The notes: a model not told the origin generated them from the letters alone. Shown: positions 27,755-43,025, counted from the stretch's first letter. The stretch is 64,000 bases of DNA from the human T2T-CHM13v2.0 reference genome, Homo sapiens (GCF_009914755.1 NC_060937.1), one strand, 5' to 3'. Made by a program: numbers and translations.

Positions 27755-28914
27755 AACGGGATGCAAACACAAGCCACAGGGTTGGAGAAGATATTTGAAA
27801 AACTTATCTGATAAACACTGCTATCCAAATTCTACAAATAAATCTTAAAACTCAATGACAAGAAAATGAACGAACCAATTAACCAGTGGGCCAAAGACGT
27901 TAGTAGTCACCTCACCACAGAAGATATACAGATAGCAAATAAGTATATGAAAAGATGTTCAACAGGATACATTATCAGAGAAATACAAATTAAAACAACA
28001 GTGAGGTAACACTATATACATATTAGAATGGCCAAAGTCCAGAACACTGAAAACATAAAAAGCTGGTTAGGATTTTGAGAAACAGGATCTCCCAGCCATT
28101 GCTTGTTGGAATGCAAAATAGTACGGTTACTTTGGAAGATACTTTGGTGGTTTCTTACAAAACCAAACATAACTCTTACCATATGATCCAGCAATTGCAC
28201 TCCTTGATATTTACCCAAAAGAGCTGAAAACTTATATTCACACAAAACACTACGCACAGATGCTTAAACCAGCTTTATTCATAATTATCAAAACATGGAA
28301 GCAGCCAAGATATCCATCAGTAGGTGAATGAATAAATAAACTGAGGTACATCTAGAGAATAGAATATTATTTGGTGCTAAAAAGAAATGAGCTATCGAGC
28401 TATACACAGGACATGGAAGAAACTTAAATGCATATTACTAAATGAAAGAAGCCAATCTGCAAAGACTACATGTTGTATGATTTTAAGTATATGACATTCG
28501 GCAAAAGGCAAAACTATGGAGAGAGTAAAAACATCAGTGGTTGCCAAGCGTTAGGGAGTAGAGAAGGAATGAATAGAGCACAGAAGATTTTCTAAGGCAG
28601 TGAAAATACTACATATGATGCTATAATGATGGATATTGTCCAACACTGGACAGATATGTAATTATATATTTGTTCACACCCATTCAATATTCAACACCAA
28701 GAGTGAACTCTAACCTAGACCGTGGACTTTGGATGATACTAATGTGTCAACGTAAATTCATCACTTTTAACAAATGTACCACTCTGATTAATAATGGGAA
28801 AGACTGTACAAGTGTTGGGGGAGAAAATATACTTGGTATCTCTGTATCTTCCTCCCTCTCAATTTTGCTATGAATCAAAAACTGCTCTAAAAATGTAAGT
28901 CTTCAAAAAAAAAA
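27755..28914 (+). mobile_element. 5'-truncated L1MC1-like element
   Basis: ORF2 C-terminus plus 3' UTR 'caacaccaagagtgaactctaa...aattttgctatgaatcaaaaactgctctaaaaa' and poly(A). Confidence 0.88.
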
Positions 28915-30589
28915 TAGAATAGTTGTTTTGTAAAATCTCCTGCTTGGGTTTGTTGATTTTTTTCACCTGATTAGATTTACATATCACATGTTCATCAGGA
29001 ATACTACGTAATTGGCAATGTGCTCTCACTGAATTGCATTAAGAAACATGGGATGCCAGAATGTCGCATTATTGGTGATATTAACTTTGATCACTTGATT
29101 TAGTTGATGTCTGCCAGATTCCTCCCCTGTGAAGTTAGTACTTTCTTCTTTGTAGTTTATAAATAATTAGTGGCGAAATATTTTGAAGTGTTATAAATAT
29201 CTCTGTGCTCTTTAAGCTTTCATCTAGTGATTTTAACAACTATCTTTCTAGTTACATTATTTCTTCTACATTTATTTGTTAACATTCTACTTTAAGAATG
29301 AGCCCTTCTCCCATTTTATGTATCTGTATATTATACTGAATATGTTTGAATAAATTATTAGTTTTATACATATAAATGTATTCTTTACATGAGAGTAAGT
29401 TAGTTTTTCAAATGAAGAAAGTAACATGAAGCATGAAAATATGGCAGGGAAACAACCCAAGGTACAAAGCAGGTATAGAGACACAAGAAACTTTGCAAAG
29501 CTGGCAAAGAAAGTTTAACCAGCATAATAAATAGTCATGTTATTTAACTTAATCACATTTGAGGAGAATCAAGACTTCTAAGTTTCGTAAATGTTGGGGA
29601 GCACAAGTTTTCAAGGAAATTTCAGCTGGGTCAAATGTCATAGACTTTTAAAGGATAATGAGGTTATGAAAATAGTTACTTTACTTATGAAGTATAGCTA
29701 CTCTACATATGCAAAAGTAGATATGTGGATTTGTGGGCATGAAAATATATTTAAGGACATCATCAGCAGAATCAGTAATAAATAATTAAATCTATTAAAT
29801 GTAGACCAATTCTCCAGGAGATAATGTGGTGAAGATAGAGGAAATGGTCATAGCTAACATAAGTGAAACAAGGTGAATTGTGTTTCTTTTAAGATGGAGA
29901 AATAAGAATGTATGTTATCAATTCCTAGGTGTCTGTAGTAGAAATGAAGAAGTAGAAGAGAAATGCAAAACCAAAGTCTTAAAATGTGATGTAATAAACA
30001 AACAGTACCTGACACAGTCCCAGTCCTCCAGTTACTTCAATCAAATTAGAAAGGGATTTGTAAAGCATTAAAATATCTAAAAAAAAAGCTAGATATTTAA
30101 ATAGCATATTGTAATTTGATCAATGTTTTCTTTCATGTATATAGCCATATTTAATTACCATAAATATGTAGTAAAGGGGATACTTTATTCTTATTTTACC
30201 TCTAAGGTTCCTAAATTTCTTGTAGGTATGACCTATACCCTGTACATACAGAGGATTTGGAACTTTATTCCTATTCTAGGAGTTACATATGTGCATGGGT
30301 TGGAGTGAAAGGAGAAATCTTGGATAATTTTGTATTTTAAATTGCCTTTTAAATATAGAAAATATTTCTGTTATTATAGAATGATGAAAAACACATTATG
30401 GAATTAGGATGCTATTGATGAAAGGTGCAGAGACAAGCATGTGCATGGTGTATTGGAGGAAAAACAGGGTGACAGCGAGGCTCGGATGCTTCAGCCTCTT
30501 TTGTGTGTGCCCCCATGCTGGGTATACAGGACATGTCTCACACAGCCCTCATAACACTGCCTGGTCAGTCATCCTTCTGCAGCCTCCAC

Positions 30590-30705
30590 CAGACCGTGCA
30601 CTCTGCAAACAGGGGCTGTGTTCTTGTGTTCTTTTTTTTTTTTTTTTTAATCTCTATTGCCTAACACAGTGCTTTGTACCCTATATGCATTTGTTGAGTA
30701 GATGA
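30590..30705 (+). mobile_element. L2 3' end fragment
   Basis: 'gcctaacacagtgctttgtac...atttgttgagtagatga'. Confidence 0.6.
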
Positions 30706-32465
30706 CAGAAGCAAGAGATCAAGCTGAAAAAGTAATTTGAGGCAAGGGCAAAGTTTCAAGCTTTCAAAGTGATTATGTCAAAGAGTCACATACTTGCTGG
30801 TTGTCTTAATTTAAAAGGAGGCATTCATTTTAAACTTTATAAATTAGATCTATGGCTTGAGAATATATTTCCATCAAAATGTAAGTGAAATGTTCAGAAC
30901 TGTGTCCCTGCGTATCTTAGAGGATTTTAGTGGATTAATAAGATGATGAATTTAGCTCAGTTTTGCTAGAATTCAATACTGACTGAACGTGGGGAAATGC
31001 AATATTTAAAATGATACCACGTTAGAGTATACTAGTGTACCTAATAATAATCTTGGAAGAAAAGAATTAGCTTTTGCTTTCTGATTATTTTGTAATAAAG
31101 AACCCGGCCAGTGTTAAAAAATAATAATTAAAAATTATGCTGGCCTTTTCAAAGGTGGGATGAAAGGTGGGGAATTCTAATTGACCTTCCCCCAAAAATA
31201 ACATTATGACTGATCTCTCTATAAGGTGGAGACTTCAGTTTATTAGGAATTTCTGACTTGCACTGATAAAATTTAGGAATGCCTACCAAGGACTAGTATT
31301 CCAATCCATGGTAGGGGTAATGAAGAGGACAGGTAACATTTTAAGCAAAAATATACTTAGTCCTACCAGATGTGTTTTCTTAGCACTGTTGTACATCCCT
31401 GTGAAATTATAATGTGAGCTCTCCAAAGGTGAGATATTCCAATGCATCTAAATCAACACAAGCTGTTAAGAGTGTACTTAGGCGTTGAAGATGATTTAAG
31501 TAGCTACTTTGATTATATTAAATGTATGTGAAGTCAGTTACCTCTCTGTGATGAGAGAAAGGAAATGACATTGTTAAATGGAATGCTTAGGTACTTTTAA
31601 AAATTAACATAGTCAAGTTCCTTCTAACAAAATATTTAATTTGACGTGCCTCTGGTGCAGATTTGAAGATCAATGAAAAAAAGTCCTATAATTGAAGAAT
31701 AAAATGAGATACATAGGTATTTACAACTCCAATTAAAAATAACGAAATTTTTCAACCAACAATTAAAAATTGAATAACCAATTAGTAACTAAAATGTTTT
31801 CAGAGTCAATTTAAACATGCATACGTTACAATTTATGATAATATAATTCAAATATTAGTTGTAAGTTGTGTGTGACCAAAAATACTCTTTTGACTTATTA
31901 GCAGAAAATGTGAGCAGAATTACTTTTTTTTGGTGACTGTGGGGTAGTCAAAATTCCAAAGATGTTGTTCCAAGATTCTTATCTGTTGGTTATTGAAGGA
32001 GACATTAATCCAGGTACTGCTGTGTTGGGACTCTGCATATGGAAATGAGGCTGCTAGTTAGGGGATTTTAAAATAGGTAGGTTAGTCTTGATAATTCATA
32101 TAGGTCCCAAACAATCATACAAACCCTTAAAGATGAGAAATGTTGGGAGTAGAGTTAGAGAGATGTGGTCCAAGAGGGAGGCAGAGGAAAAGGTGATAAT
32201 AATATCAGATAAATATGAAGCATGAGAAGGTTCCTATCCTCATTAATGACATTGAATGGGGCCAGAAATCAGAAAATGCAGTCAGCTTCTAGAAGCTGAA
32301 AGTGAGCCCTGGCCAACAGTGAAAAAGAGAAATGGGGACCTCAGTCCTAGAATTGCAAAAATAAACAAACAAACAAACAAATTTTTCCAACAACTTGAAT
32401 AATTCTGTTCATTAAGCATAGCCCTGCAGAAACACTGGTTTCAACTTTGTGAAACTCATTGAACA

Positions 32466-32820
32466 TGTTATAGTGGGTAGCTAGTCAGACAGGAACAGGG
32501 CAGGAGAGGGGCCCCCACACCCCACCTGGAATGTCAAGTAATACTCAGCTGATTGTCAGGCAGTTGTCACACTACCTCTCTAAAATAAGAACTGGTGGCA
32601 GTCAGTGCCAGGAAAAGGTAGTTTCCCAATAAATAAAAACACCTAAAACTGGTGATGGGCAGCTTCCCAGTAAGATCTCAGGAATTGGGTATGTGGGGCT
32701 CGAGCATGCTCATTAAGAGGCAAAATGGTGCAGTTTAACTGTTATATGACCTTCCAGGGGCATTCCACCAGAAAAAGGAAGAATGCTTCAGGTGAGCATG
32801 CATACAACTCCAGTAAACAC
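32466..32820 (+). mobile_element. MER50 5' LTR (3'-truncated), ERV1
   Basis: 'tgttatagtgggtagctagtcagac...gggcaggagaggg'; homologous to 34860-35215. Confidence 0.85.
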
Positions 32821-32994
32821 CCAGTCAAAGCCTTGGTCAAATAATCAGTTTCTCCAGTTATGTCCTGTTACAAAAGAAAACAGATTCTTATTACACTTTT
32901 GCAAATAACCATATTGTCATAAGAATACTCACAAGTAGTTTCCAAATTCTGGAGAAATCAGGTAGAGAGAAACAAATATGCTCCACATTTTCTT

Positions 32995-34467
<1,473 letters not shown>

Positions 34468-34859
34468 CATTTTCTTTACATGAGTATATTTTACTCAGTT
34501 GTTAAAAGCTATAAATAGCTCAAAAGAAAAGTCTCCTCTTGATTTCAGGCCATGAAATTCCATATGCTCTTTGTTGAGGGATACTATCTTCTCAATAGTC
34601 AAGAGTCGCCCTTCTACAGGAGACCCCTAAACTACCTGTCAGAGGGACATGACAGGTGAAATTCTGCCTCTGTCTCCCTTGGACCTAGCTGAATGCTGCT
34701 TTCACCAATCCATGGAGCCAACCCTGCCCTAACAGCTAGCAAGAGACCAAGACCCATAGAACCACCACCACCACCCCTCTGTCAGCAGGAAGGAGTTACA
34801 GAAGACTGACCTTCCATTTTCCCCAAAGAAATGTGATTTTGTATTCTTGAAGGGGGAAA

Positions 34860-35895
<1,036 letters not shown>

Positions 35896-36448
35896 GAAAC
35901 CCCCCTGGGCTTCTGACCTGAAGAAACTGTGAGAAAATAAATTTGTCTTGTTCTAAGTTGCTAGATTTCTGGTGATTTCTTATGGCAACAATAGAAAACT
36001 AATGCAGTTACTGTTTTATTCACAAAGAGAGGTTAATATTATAACACTTATTTCTTAGGACAAATATAGAAACTACAATATGACCTCTGTCAGATTCACT
36101 CCTATGTCAGGGAGTTAATTTCTTGTGTAATGTCCTTTTGAGAACATTCAATTGATGTTCTCATATGCCATAAATTTTAACATCATTCTTTCTGAGAAAC
36201 ATTTACTAATTTCAAAATGTTCTCTAATACTTTTACTGTTTAGAGAAGATATGAGAGACCAGATGACTCTTGACATTTTAGATTTAACCAATTATGAAAC
36301 TTGGCATCAGCTGGTGGTTGTAAAATCTACAATTTTAGAGTACAATGTAGAATAATGAGTTGCACCATGTTAGAATATTGTTTCAGTCTATTGGCCTGCT
36401 GTAACAAAATACCACAAAGTGGGTGGCTTATAAACAACAGAAATTGAT

Positions 36449-37830
36449 GAGGCCATATCCCAGGGGAAATAAGTTGAGCTTCTGAAAAGAGATACACTCT
36501 CCTCTGCTTGACTGATTGTTAAGATATGTGCCTGAGTTGTCATCATATAGAGCTTGACAATGGAGATAATCCCAGAGAGGCGGAACCAACCCCAGAGAGG
36601 CGGAGCAAACCCCAGAGAGGCAAAGCCAATGTGTGTGTCCTGGTAACATTGTTTGCAACAATCGAAGAACATAAAAAATTACAAAAGAAGACCAGCAAAA
36701 CTATCTAACAATAGAAGAGCATCAGGACAAATTCTTCTGCCAGGTAATCCTTAATGATGCAAGATTTAATGTCAATTATCATTTCACAGAAAAACCTTTT
36801 TGAAGAGAAAGATAAAATTTAATTCATACCCATTGATTAAATTCAAGAGGAGATGATTGTTCAGATAAAAAAATTGGAAAAAGATGAATTTCTAAAAATA
36901 TGAGGAGCTCAGTCAGAAAACCCTGATGCCACCTCTGACCAGAAGATGAAATGGAAAGGAGTGGACTGCCTCTGTTTCTCCCTTTCTCTTTCAGGTCTGG
37001 CGGGACTACTTAAGAACTTGATCTGTTATCATCTGGGCTAAAGCGGTTTAAGCCTCCAGAAAAAGTTTCTTCTATAGGGTGAGAGAAGAAATGGGAAAGC
37101 TCATTTCAATGTGGAATTAAAGACATGAATCATCTCACAATTTCAAACCTTGCATTTAGCATGGAGAGTGTGTGTCCCCAGAAATGTTCTGAGGCAGCAA
37201 TTGAATTGCTATCTAGATAAAAGAACTGGAAGAAGTAACACAGAGGGAAGTAACAGTGAAGGATTCTCCTTGGTAGAAAGGACGTAATACCCAACACACA
37301 GATACTTTGGGTGGTGTAAGAAGTGTCTCTGTTCAATCATTAGGTTTGCCTGAGATGTGTCAACTTCAAGAAAGTGAGAGAAACTCAGTTCTGTCTGATG
37401 TGGAGGAATAAGTTTTATTTGATTGAATTCCGGAGTTTTGTCTCATTTCATTACAATTTTAACCATTTTCCTATGTACTTTTAGAATTGGTGGAGTGTCT
37501 GCCAGGGAACAACTCTGTGTGGCAGCATTACAATACTGTTGAAGCAATCCTTTTGAACACTTTAGTTCATTTTCCCTCAGTATTTAATGAAAATGAATGG
37601 TAGGAAAACAGTAACAGTAATGTATTAATGTAAATGATTAATTGCATAGGTCTCATAATCATAACACTATTGAGCCAAAGATGGGGCATATTTAGGCTGT
37701 GAAAACAGCATATCTTTCACTGCATTACCTTTAGAGTGAATAATTGTATATTCAACTATGAAATAAAGAAACAAACTTTAAACCATGAGTCTGGAAAACA
37801 ATAAAAATTTTAAAAATCAAAAAAAATAAA
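36449..37830 (+). pseudogene. Processed pseudogene/retrocopy of an unidentified mRNA (probably 5'-truncated, decayed CDS plus 3' UTR)
   Basis: Non-repeat insert that splits an LTR. AATAAA at 37762-37767, degenerate poly(A) ~37795-37830, TSD AGAAATTGAT/AGAAAATTAT. A protein-like frame ends ...SLGLPEMCQLQESERNSVLSDVEE* (TAA 37409-37411). Confidence 0.85.
36571..36630. repeat. 20-bp tandem repeat x3 within the retrocopy
   Basis: cccagagagg at 36571, 36591 and 36611 with similar 10-bp linkers. Confidence 0.92.
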
Positions 37831-38269
37831 AGAAAATTATTTCTCACAGTTTTGGAGGCAGGAAAGTCTAAGATCAAGGCCCTGGTGAATTTGGTGTCTG
37901 GTAAGGGCCTATGTTCTAGCTCAGAGACAGTGCCATCTTGTCACAGCCTCACATAGTGGAAAGAGCAAAAGTCTCTCTGGGGTCTGTTTTATAAGGGCAC
38001 TAATCCCATTCATGAGGGCTCTGCCCTCATGACCCTGCCTAAGTACCTTCCAAAGGTCCCACCTCCTATGACTTTGGGGTTAGGAATTCAATATACAAAT
38101 TTTGGGGACCTTAAACATTTTTAACATAACAAATATGTAAGGAACAAGAAACATTTTCTTAATGTATGCCCCATAAATATGATAGAAACAAAGTTACTAA
38201 AAAACAGGGAGTTTTCATTAAGTGTCTGGTATCTGTTTGTTTTAAATTGGACAGTAAGCATTTTAGCAA

Positions 38270-38500
38270 CAGAGACCTGGATTAGACTCTGAGATCTTCT
38301 GTTTACCATTGAGTGACATTGGATAAGATGCCAAACCTTTCTGGGATGCAGTTTTCTCATTTGTAAAATGAAGAATGATAGTAGCTCCTTTCCTAGATTG
38401 TCAGAAGGATTAATTAAGATAATGATTATAAAGTGATAAGCACTATGCCCACCACACAGTAACCCATGCTGGAAGAATAAATTGTAACAATCATCATCAT
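38270..38500 (+). mobile_element. MIR
   Basis: 'cagttttctcatttgtaaaatgaagaatgatagtag...aggattaattaagataatg' MIR core and tail. Confidence 0.85.
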
Positions 38501-39335
38501 TACTATCTACTTTGTAAAATCCCATTAATCTATGCAAGTCTGTTTTCTTGCTGCTTTTTTTTTTACTATTGCCATTTTATATAGTTTCATAATTTTACAC
38601 AATTATATATACCACAGAGATAGAATTTTTTTATTTACCTCCTTTTACTTCTGGTTTTGCTTTATATTTTACCTAAATTGTTTACGAAACAATGTACCTT
38701 CCAGTTCCCAATTGCTGAGAGGACAGGATAATTCTAATTGTTTGTTGTAATAAGCTCTGTGATAAACATCTGTGAACATATGCCATTTTCTATCATATAG
38801 CATTACTAACTTTTGAAGTTATAACCTTAAGTTAAATTTCTAGGAGTAGTATTCATGTCTTTTAAAATATAATATGTGATTGCTTTCACACTGGTGAGGT
38901 GATGTTGCTGAACACCTCCCTCAACTATGTATGTTGTAATTTACACTTTCCCTAAGTATCAGAAGCCTTGTCAGTTTTATATGAGTTCGCTTAACCTTTG
39001 TAATTCCTATATAAAGTTTATATTATCAATATAAACATTAGATTATTTGTAATGTTCTTATAAATGTTCTTATAAATCTTTACATTCTACATAATATTAT
39101 AAACATTGCATAATCATATATGTGATTTTTCTATTTTTATTTTCTGAATTTCTTTCCTTCTGTTCAAGTTTTACAGTTTTGTGTAATCCACTTAGGATAT
39201 CTTTTTCTCTGTGATTTTTTAAATTATTTACAATTTGGGCTAATTGTAACTGTCACAATAATAATCCAATTTGATTTCAATTATTTTTCTGCTCATTCTT
39301 CCACTTCTATCCTGTGTCTATGTGACTCTCTATAT

Positions 39336-39455
39336 CAGTTCTGTCAAATTGAACTTGTTTTGGTGACAGAAATAGTCTATATTTATACTGTCCAACACAG
39401 TAATTGCTAGTCAAACAGAGCTATTGAGCACTTGAAATGAGACTAATAGGACTGT
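39336..39455 (+). mobile_element. MER3 (hAT-Charlie) fragment
   Basis: 'cagttctgtcaaattgaact...ctgtccaacacagta...gctattgagcacttgaaatg'. Confidence 0.75.
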
Positions 39456-39868
39456 TTTTAAACCCTTGATCGTAACAAGAATATTTACAGTACATAAAAA
39501 TATGTGATTTTTACTTTATTGATACCAGTGACATGATTTATTTCCTCCTTCAGGATAGGAAAAATTGTTACATAGAACTGCTCACATCTCAAATTCTACA
39601 CCTGTGCATAAATGGGTTAAGTTTATATTGACCAATACAATTCTACATTTCCCTTTATTTATCTGTCATTTATTGGAACATACAAGAGGCCTTCTATTGT
39701 CCTATGTAAGATGAATGCTGTCTTCTATTTATTGGATATATGCTGCTTTACACTTATGAATACATATATGCTTTATAATTGTAAATATATATTTTTATAT
39801 ATGTGTTTGTGTATATATATCCATATAGATATTTACACTGATACATGTATACATATAGATACATATAT

Positions 39869-39870
<2 letters not shown>

Positions 39871-39915
<45 letters not shown>
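39871..39915. repeat. (GT)n microsatellite
   Basis: Direct reading. Confidence 0.98.
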
Positions 39916-39918
<3 letters not shown>

Positions 39919-39966
39919 GCATACCTCAGAGATATTTGAGTTCAGTTTCAGACTGAAGTGTGCCTA
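39916..39966. mobile_element. 51-bp Tigger1-derived miniature element with both TIRs
   Basis: 'taggcatacctcagagatatt' matches a Tigger1 terminus; ends 'gaagtgtgccta', the imperfect inverse of the start. Confidence 0.7.
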
Positions 39967-40339
39967 TATATATATTTCTAACTTTGTAAGTAAAGAAAGG
40001 TACATACAGAACACTCTTAACAATTCAGATTTTTCAGAAAAAGAAGCAATACAGATATTCCAGAAAAAAATATTTTATTAAAGAGTTGTTCTGAAGTAGG
40101 CATCATGCAAAATTTCTAGAATGAAAGAGAATCCATCTATGTATACTCCAAGGAAGTGGAACAAATATTCCAACAGGTGAGCAATCTGCACACTCATATG
40201 CGTTATCTCACCAAATGAAACCTCTGAATAACCCTACTAATTACAATGAATCAATAATCAGACACAGTAAGATAAATACTCAATAGGAAAGAAATTCCAT
40301 CATTAAAACTAAGAGTCTCTCTACTTCCACTCTTGTCTT

Positions 40340-40694
40340 TAAATCAAGAGGGCCTTAAAGTTCTCCTCAGTTTAACTTGACTTTAGACAAGCTTCTTCCT
40401 AACTAGGCGCCTGACCTCTTTTTTCCTAGTGTTTACTTTAGAAAACTTGTACATTCTATTTTTTTGCCCCTTTGATATGTAAATCTTTTTAAAAGCCTCT
40501 TTCCAGTTTTACAACCGAGGAAGGTCATTCTCAAGTTGCTGAGGGTTATTCCATTGAAATGTAACCATCAAGGGAGATAGCATATATATATATATATGTA
40601 CATATATATTTCCCTTGATATATATATACACACACATATATATACGTATATATATGTATATATGGGATATATATACGTATATATACATATATAT

Positions 40695-40741
<47 letters not shown>

Positions 40742-40960
40742 AATTCTCCGTTTTCCTTTGGGTAGGGCCAATAAGCAAAACTAGGGGGCCTTGGCATCCT
40801 CCAACCCTTATCTACTACCTATCACACCTCTGTCTTTAAAAAACTATCCAGCCTTTTGTATTAGTGGAAGCTGAGCTTAGATTGAGTACTGGCCTCTCCC
40901 TATTATTTTGAATAAACTCTTTTTTGCCTGCTTAATTTTTCAGGGGAATTTCTGCTTGGT
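40340..40960 (+). mobile_element. ERV1 LTR (MER31/MER67-like) containing a TA-rich array
   Basis: 'tttactttagaaaacttgt...gcccctttgatatgtaaatctt...ttgaaatgtaaccatcaagggagatagc'; AATAAA near the 3' end. Confidence 0.7.
40582..40737. repeat. (TA)n-rich low-complexity array
   Basis: Direct reading. Confidence 0.96.
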
Positions 40961-41004
40961 AATCTTTTTTTTTTAATCTACTTGCAGTATACAGTTGTAA
41001 TCAC

Positions 41005-42016
41005 TTTACAGCCTGAGTCAGATCATGGTTCTCTTCTACTCAAGACCTACAGTGGTTTACCTTTCATTCACTTCATGAAAGCTGAAGTCTGTACATGACC
41101 CTATTGGACAAGGCCTCTGCAGTCCCTGTGTTTAAACTCATATACTTTCTACCCAAATCAGGTTCTCCTCCAGTGGTAGCATCATTCATGCAGTTTTGTA
41201 GGGAGAAATCTAGGAGTTACCCTTGAAAACCCCTTTCCCTGAATTCCCAATAATCAGTCATTCATCAAATGCTGCCACTTTTACCTCCTGATCCCACTCA
41301 AAGCTGTCCTTGTTTCTTTCCACTCACTGTTACCCTCTCGTATAAGCTACATTGTCTCCTGCCTCAACTACTGCATTAGCTTTCTACTGCTCTTTGAATA
41401 CTAGCTACTTTTCTGCTCTGAACTCGTCAAGGTTAAAAAGGTGTGAGAGTAATGGGACTAAAACTTTGCAAATAGAAATCTGATCATACCATACCCATGT
41501 GTAAACTCCTTTTGTAGTTTTCCATTGATTTTTAAATAATTTTTAAATTCTAGAATGTGGCTTCTAATGTCCCCATGTATAATGTGACCTGTGATTATCC
41601 ATCCTTCTTTCCACAGGCTGTCCTTTGTCTTCTTGTTCCAGCTCATACCCAGGCCCTTGAATTTACTGGAACACTATCTCTATCCCTACCTCCAAACACT
41701 TATACATCCTTCTCCTAGTGGCCTCTTAACTGGCTAGTTTCTAATTATCTTTGTTTTCTCTGCTCAAATATAACTTCCCCAGAACATCATCCCTGTCTTC
41801 TACTAGGTTAGACTCATTAACTATTTCTTTTTATAGTCACTATCTTTCATAGTACTGTCTACCAACTATCCCACATCACAATGGTAATTTTTTGGTAATT
41901 AATTAATATCCATCTCTTCCATTAGACTATAAACACCAGGAGAAAAGGAATTGTGTCTATTTTAGTAGGCATTATGTCCCACAGTAGGTGCTTAAATACT
42001 TATTGAATAAATTCAT
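41005..42016 (+). mobile_element. L2 fragments ending in an L2 3' terminus
   Basis: 'aaatctaggagttacccttga', 'tctcctgcctcaactactgca', 'ccattagactataaacacc...cagtaggtgcttaaatacttattgaataa'. Confidence 0.8.
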
Positions 42017-43025
42017 ACCTATCGATTTCTACTTAAAAAAGTTCAAACTAAGGAGCCTAACACTTAATCTCGGTCAGTTTGGGTTTTTTTTTTTTTTTTT
42101 TTTTAATCTCTTTCTTTCCTGTATTGCATCTCTCTTATGGGAAGTTTTACATTATATTAAGACATTGGCAGGAGGTGTCACCTCTGGCTCTCTTTGCTCT
42201 CCACTTAAACTGAAAAGCTCCTATTCCTTCTATCTGTTTGTTACTGAACTAATCAAACTGGCATTTACTGAGTCAGCTCTCACCATAAGGTTTCTTCAGT
42301 GATAGCTGGTCTATCACTTAAAGACATGAGGACATTGCTGCTAATTTTGGGCTCTGCTGCAGCACAAATACCACTGACAGTTGTACTTTCTGCTAAATAT
42401 CATTATGCAACTATCCGATTCCTAGGATTTTCTCAACTCCCCAGAGCTTCCCTGGAAAATGGACCATTGGCCCCTGTTTTTCAAGAACTATCATCTCAAT
42501 TTTATGTCATGTCAGGGTAATCATTTCCTGGTTTCTAAGGGGACGCTCTTGGCTGTCTTTCTCTAGACAAATGAATTTAATTGAGAGGGCAGTCAGCTCT
42601 CCATTTCTGAGGGTTCATGCAGATATGGAGGGCCCTCTAAAGGCCATGAACATCAGCAGATTTTGGTATGATGCAGTGAGAGTGTCCTGGAACTATCTCC
42701 CACAGATACTGCGGGAAGACTATAACTGTTTCTATAATATCGTTTTGTCTTCAAAGACTCCTAGCATAATATCTATGGTGAAGACTAGAAAGCTGCTTTA
42801 TATTCCTTGTCAATAGCTTCTCTGGTGAAATGAAACTGAGAAAGGGAAAAGACCACATGGTTAAAAGGCAGGGGAGTGGTGGGCAGGTTGTATGTAGTGC
42901 AAAACAAATAATAATGAAAGAAAAAAATTTCATCCAGCTACCTACTTATACTAAATGCTAGACAACATATGGTGTTAAATCATTTTAGTTCTAGAAAAAA
43001 AAATCCACATGCAATAATTTTAAAA

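Larger units (their letters stand above)
26900..29350 (-). mobile_element. Old L1 (L1MC4/5 or L1ME-like) 3' UTR in three pieces (26900-26995, 27452-27745, 28916-29350)
   Basis: 'gaaaagttgcaagaa...tgttaatattttg' and 'attggtgatattaactttgatcacttg...tgtctgccagattcctcc' are antisense old-L1 3' UTR motifs. Confidence 0.65.
36379..38131 (-). mobile_element. MLT1A-like LTR split in two (36379-36448 and 37831-38131) by a retrocopy
   Basis: 'gctgctgtaacaaaatacca'-like start ...'ggcttataaacaacagaaatt' resumes as 'atttctcacagttttggaggc'; perfect TSD AATAT at 36374-36378 and 38132-38136. Confidence 0.92.

Noticed and set aside
36449-37411. Assigning a gene symbol, or a dsRBD/B-box domain, to the retrocopy
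   Set aside because: The resemblances appear in different frames and I cannot match a known protein from memory; BLASTX is needed.
38121-38537. 138-aa minus-strand ORF
   Set aside because: Mostly antisense MIR sequence.
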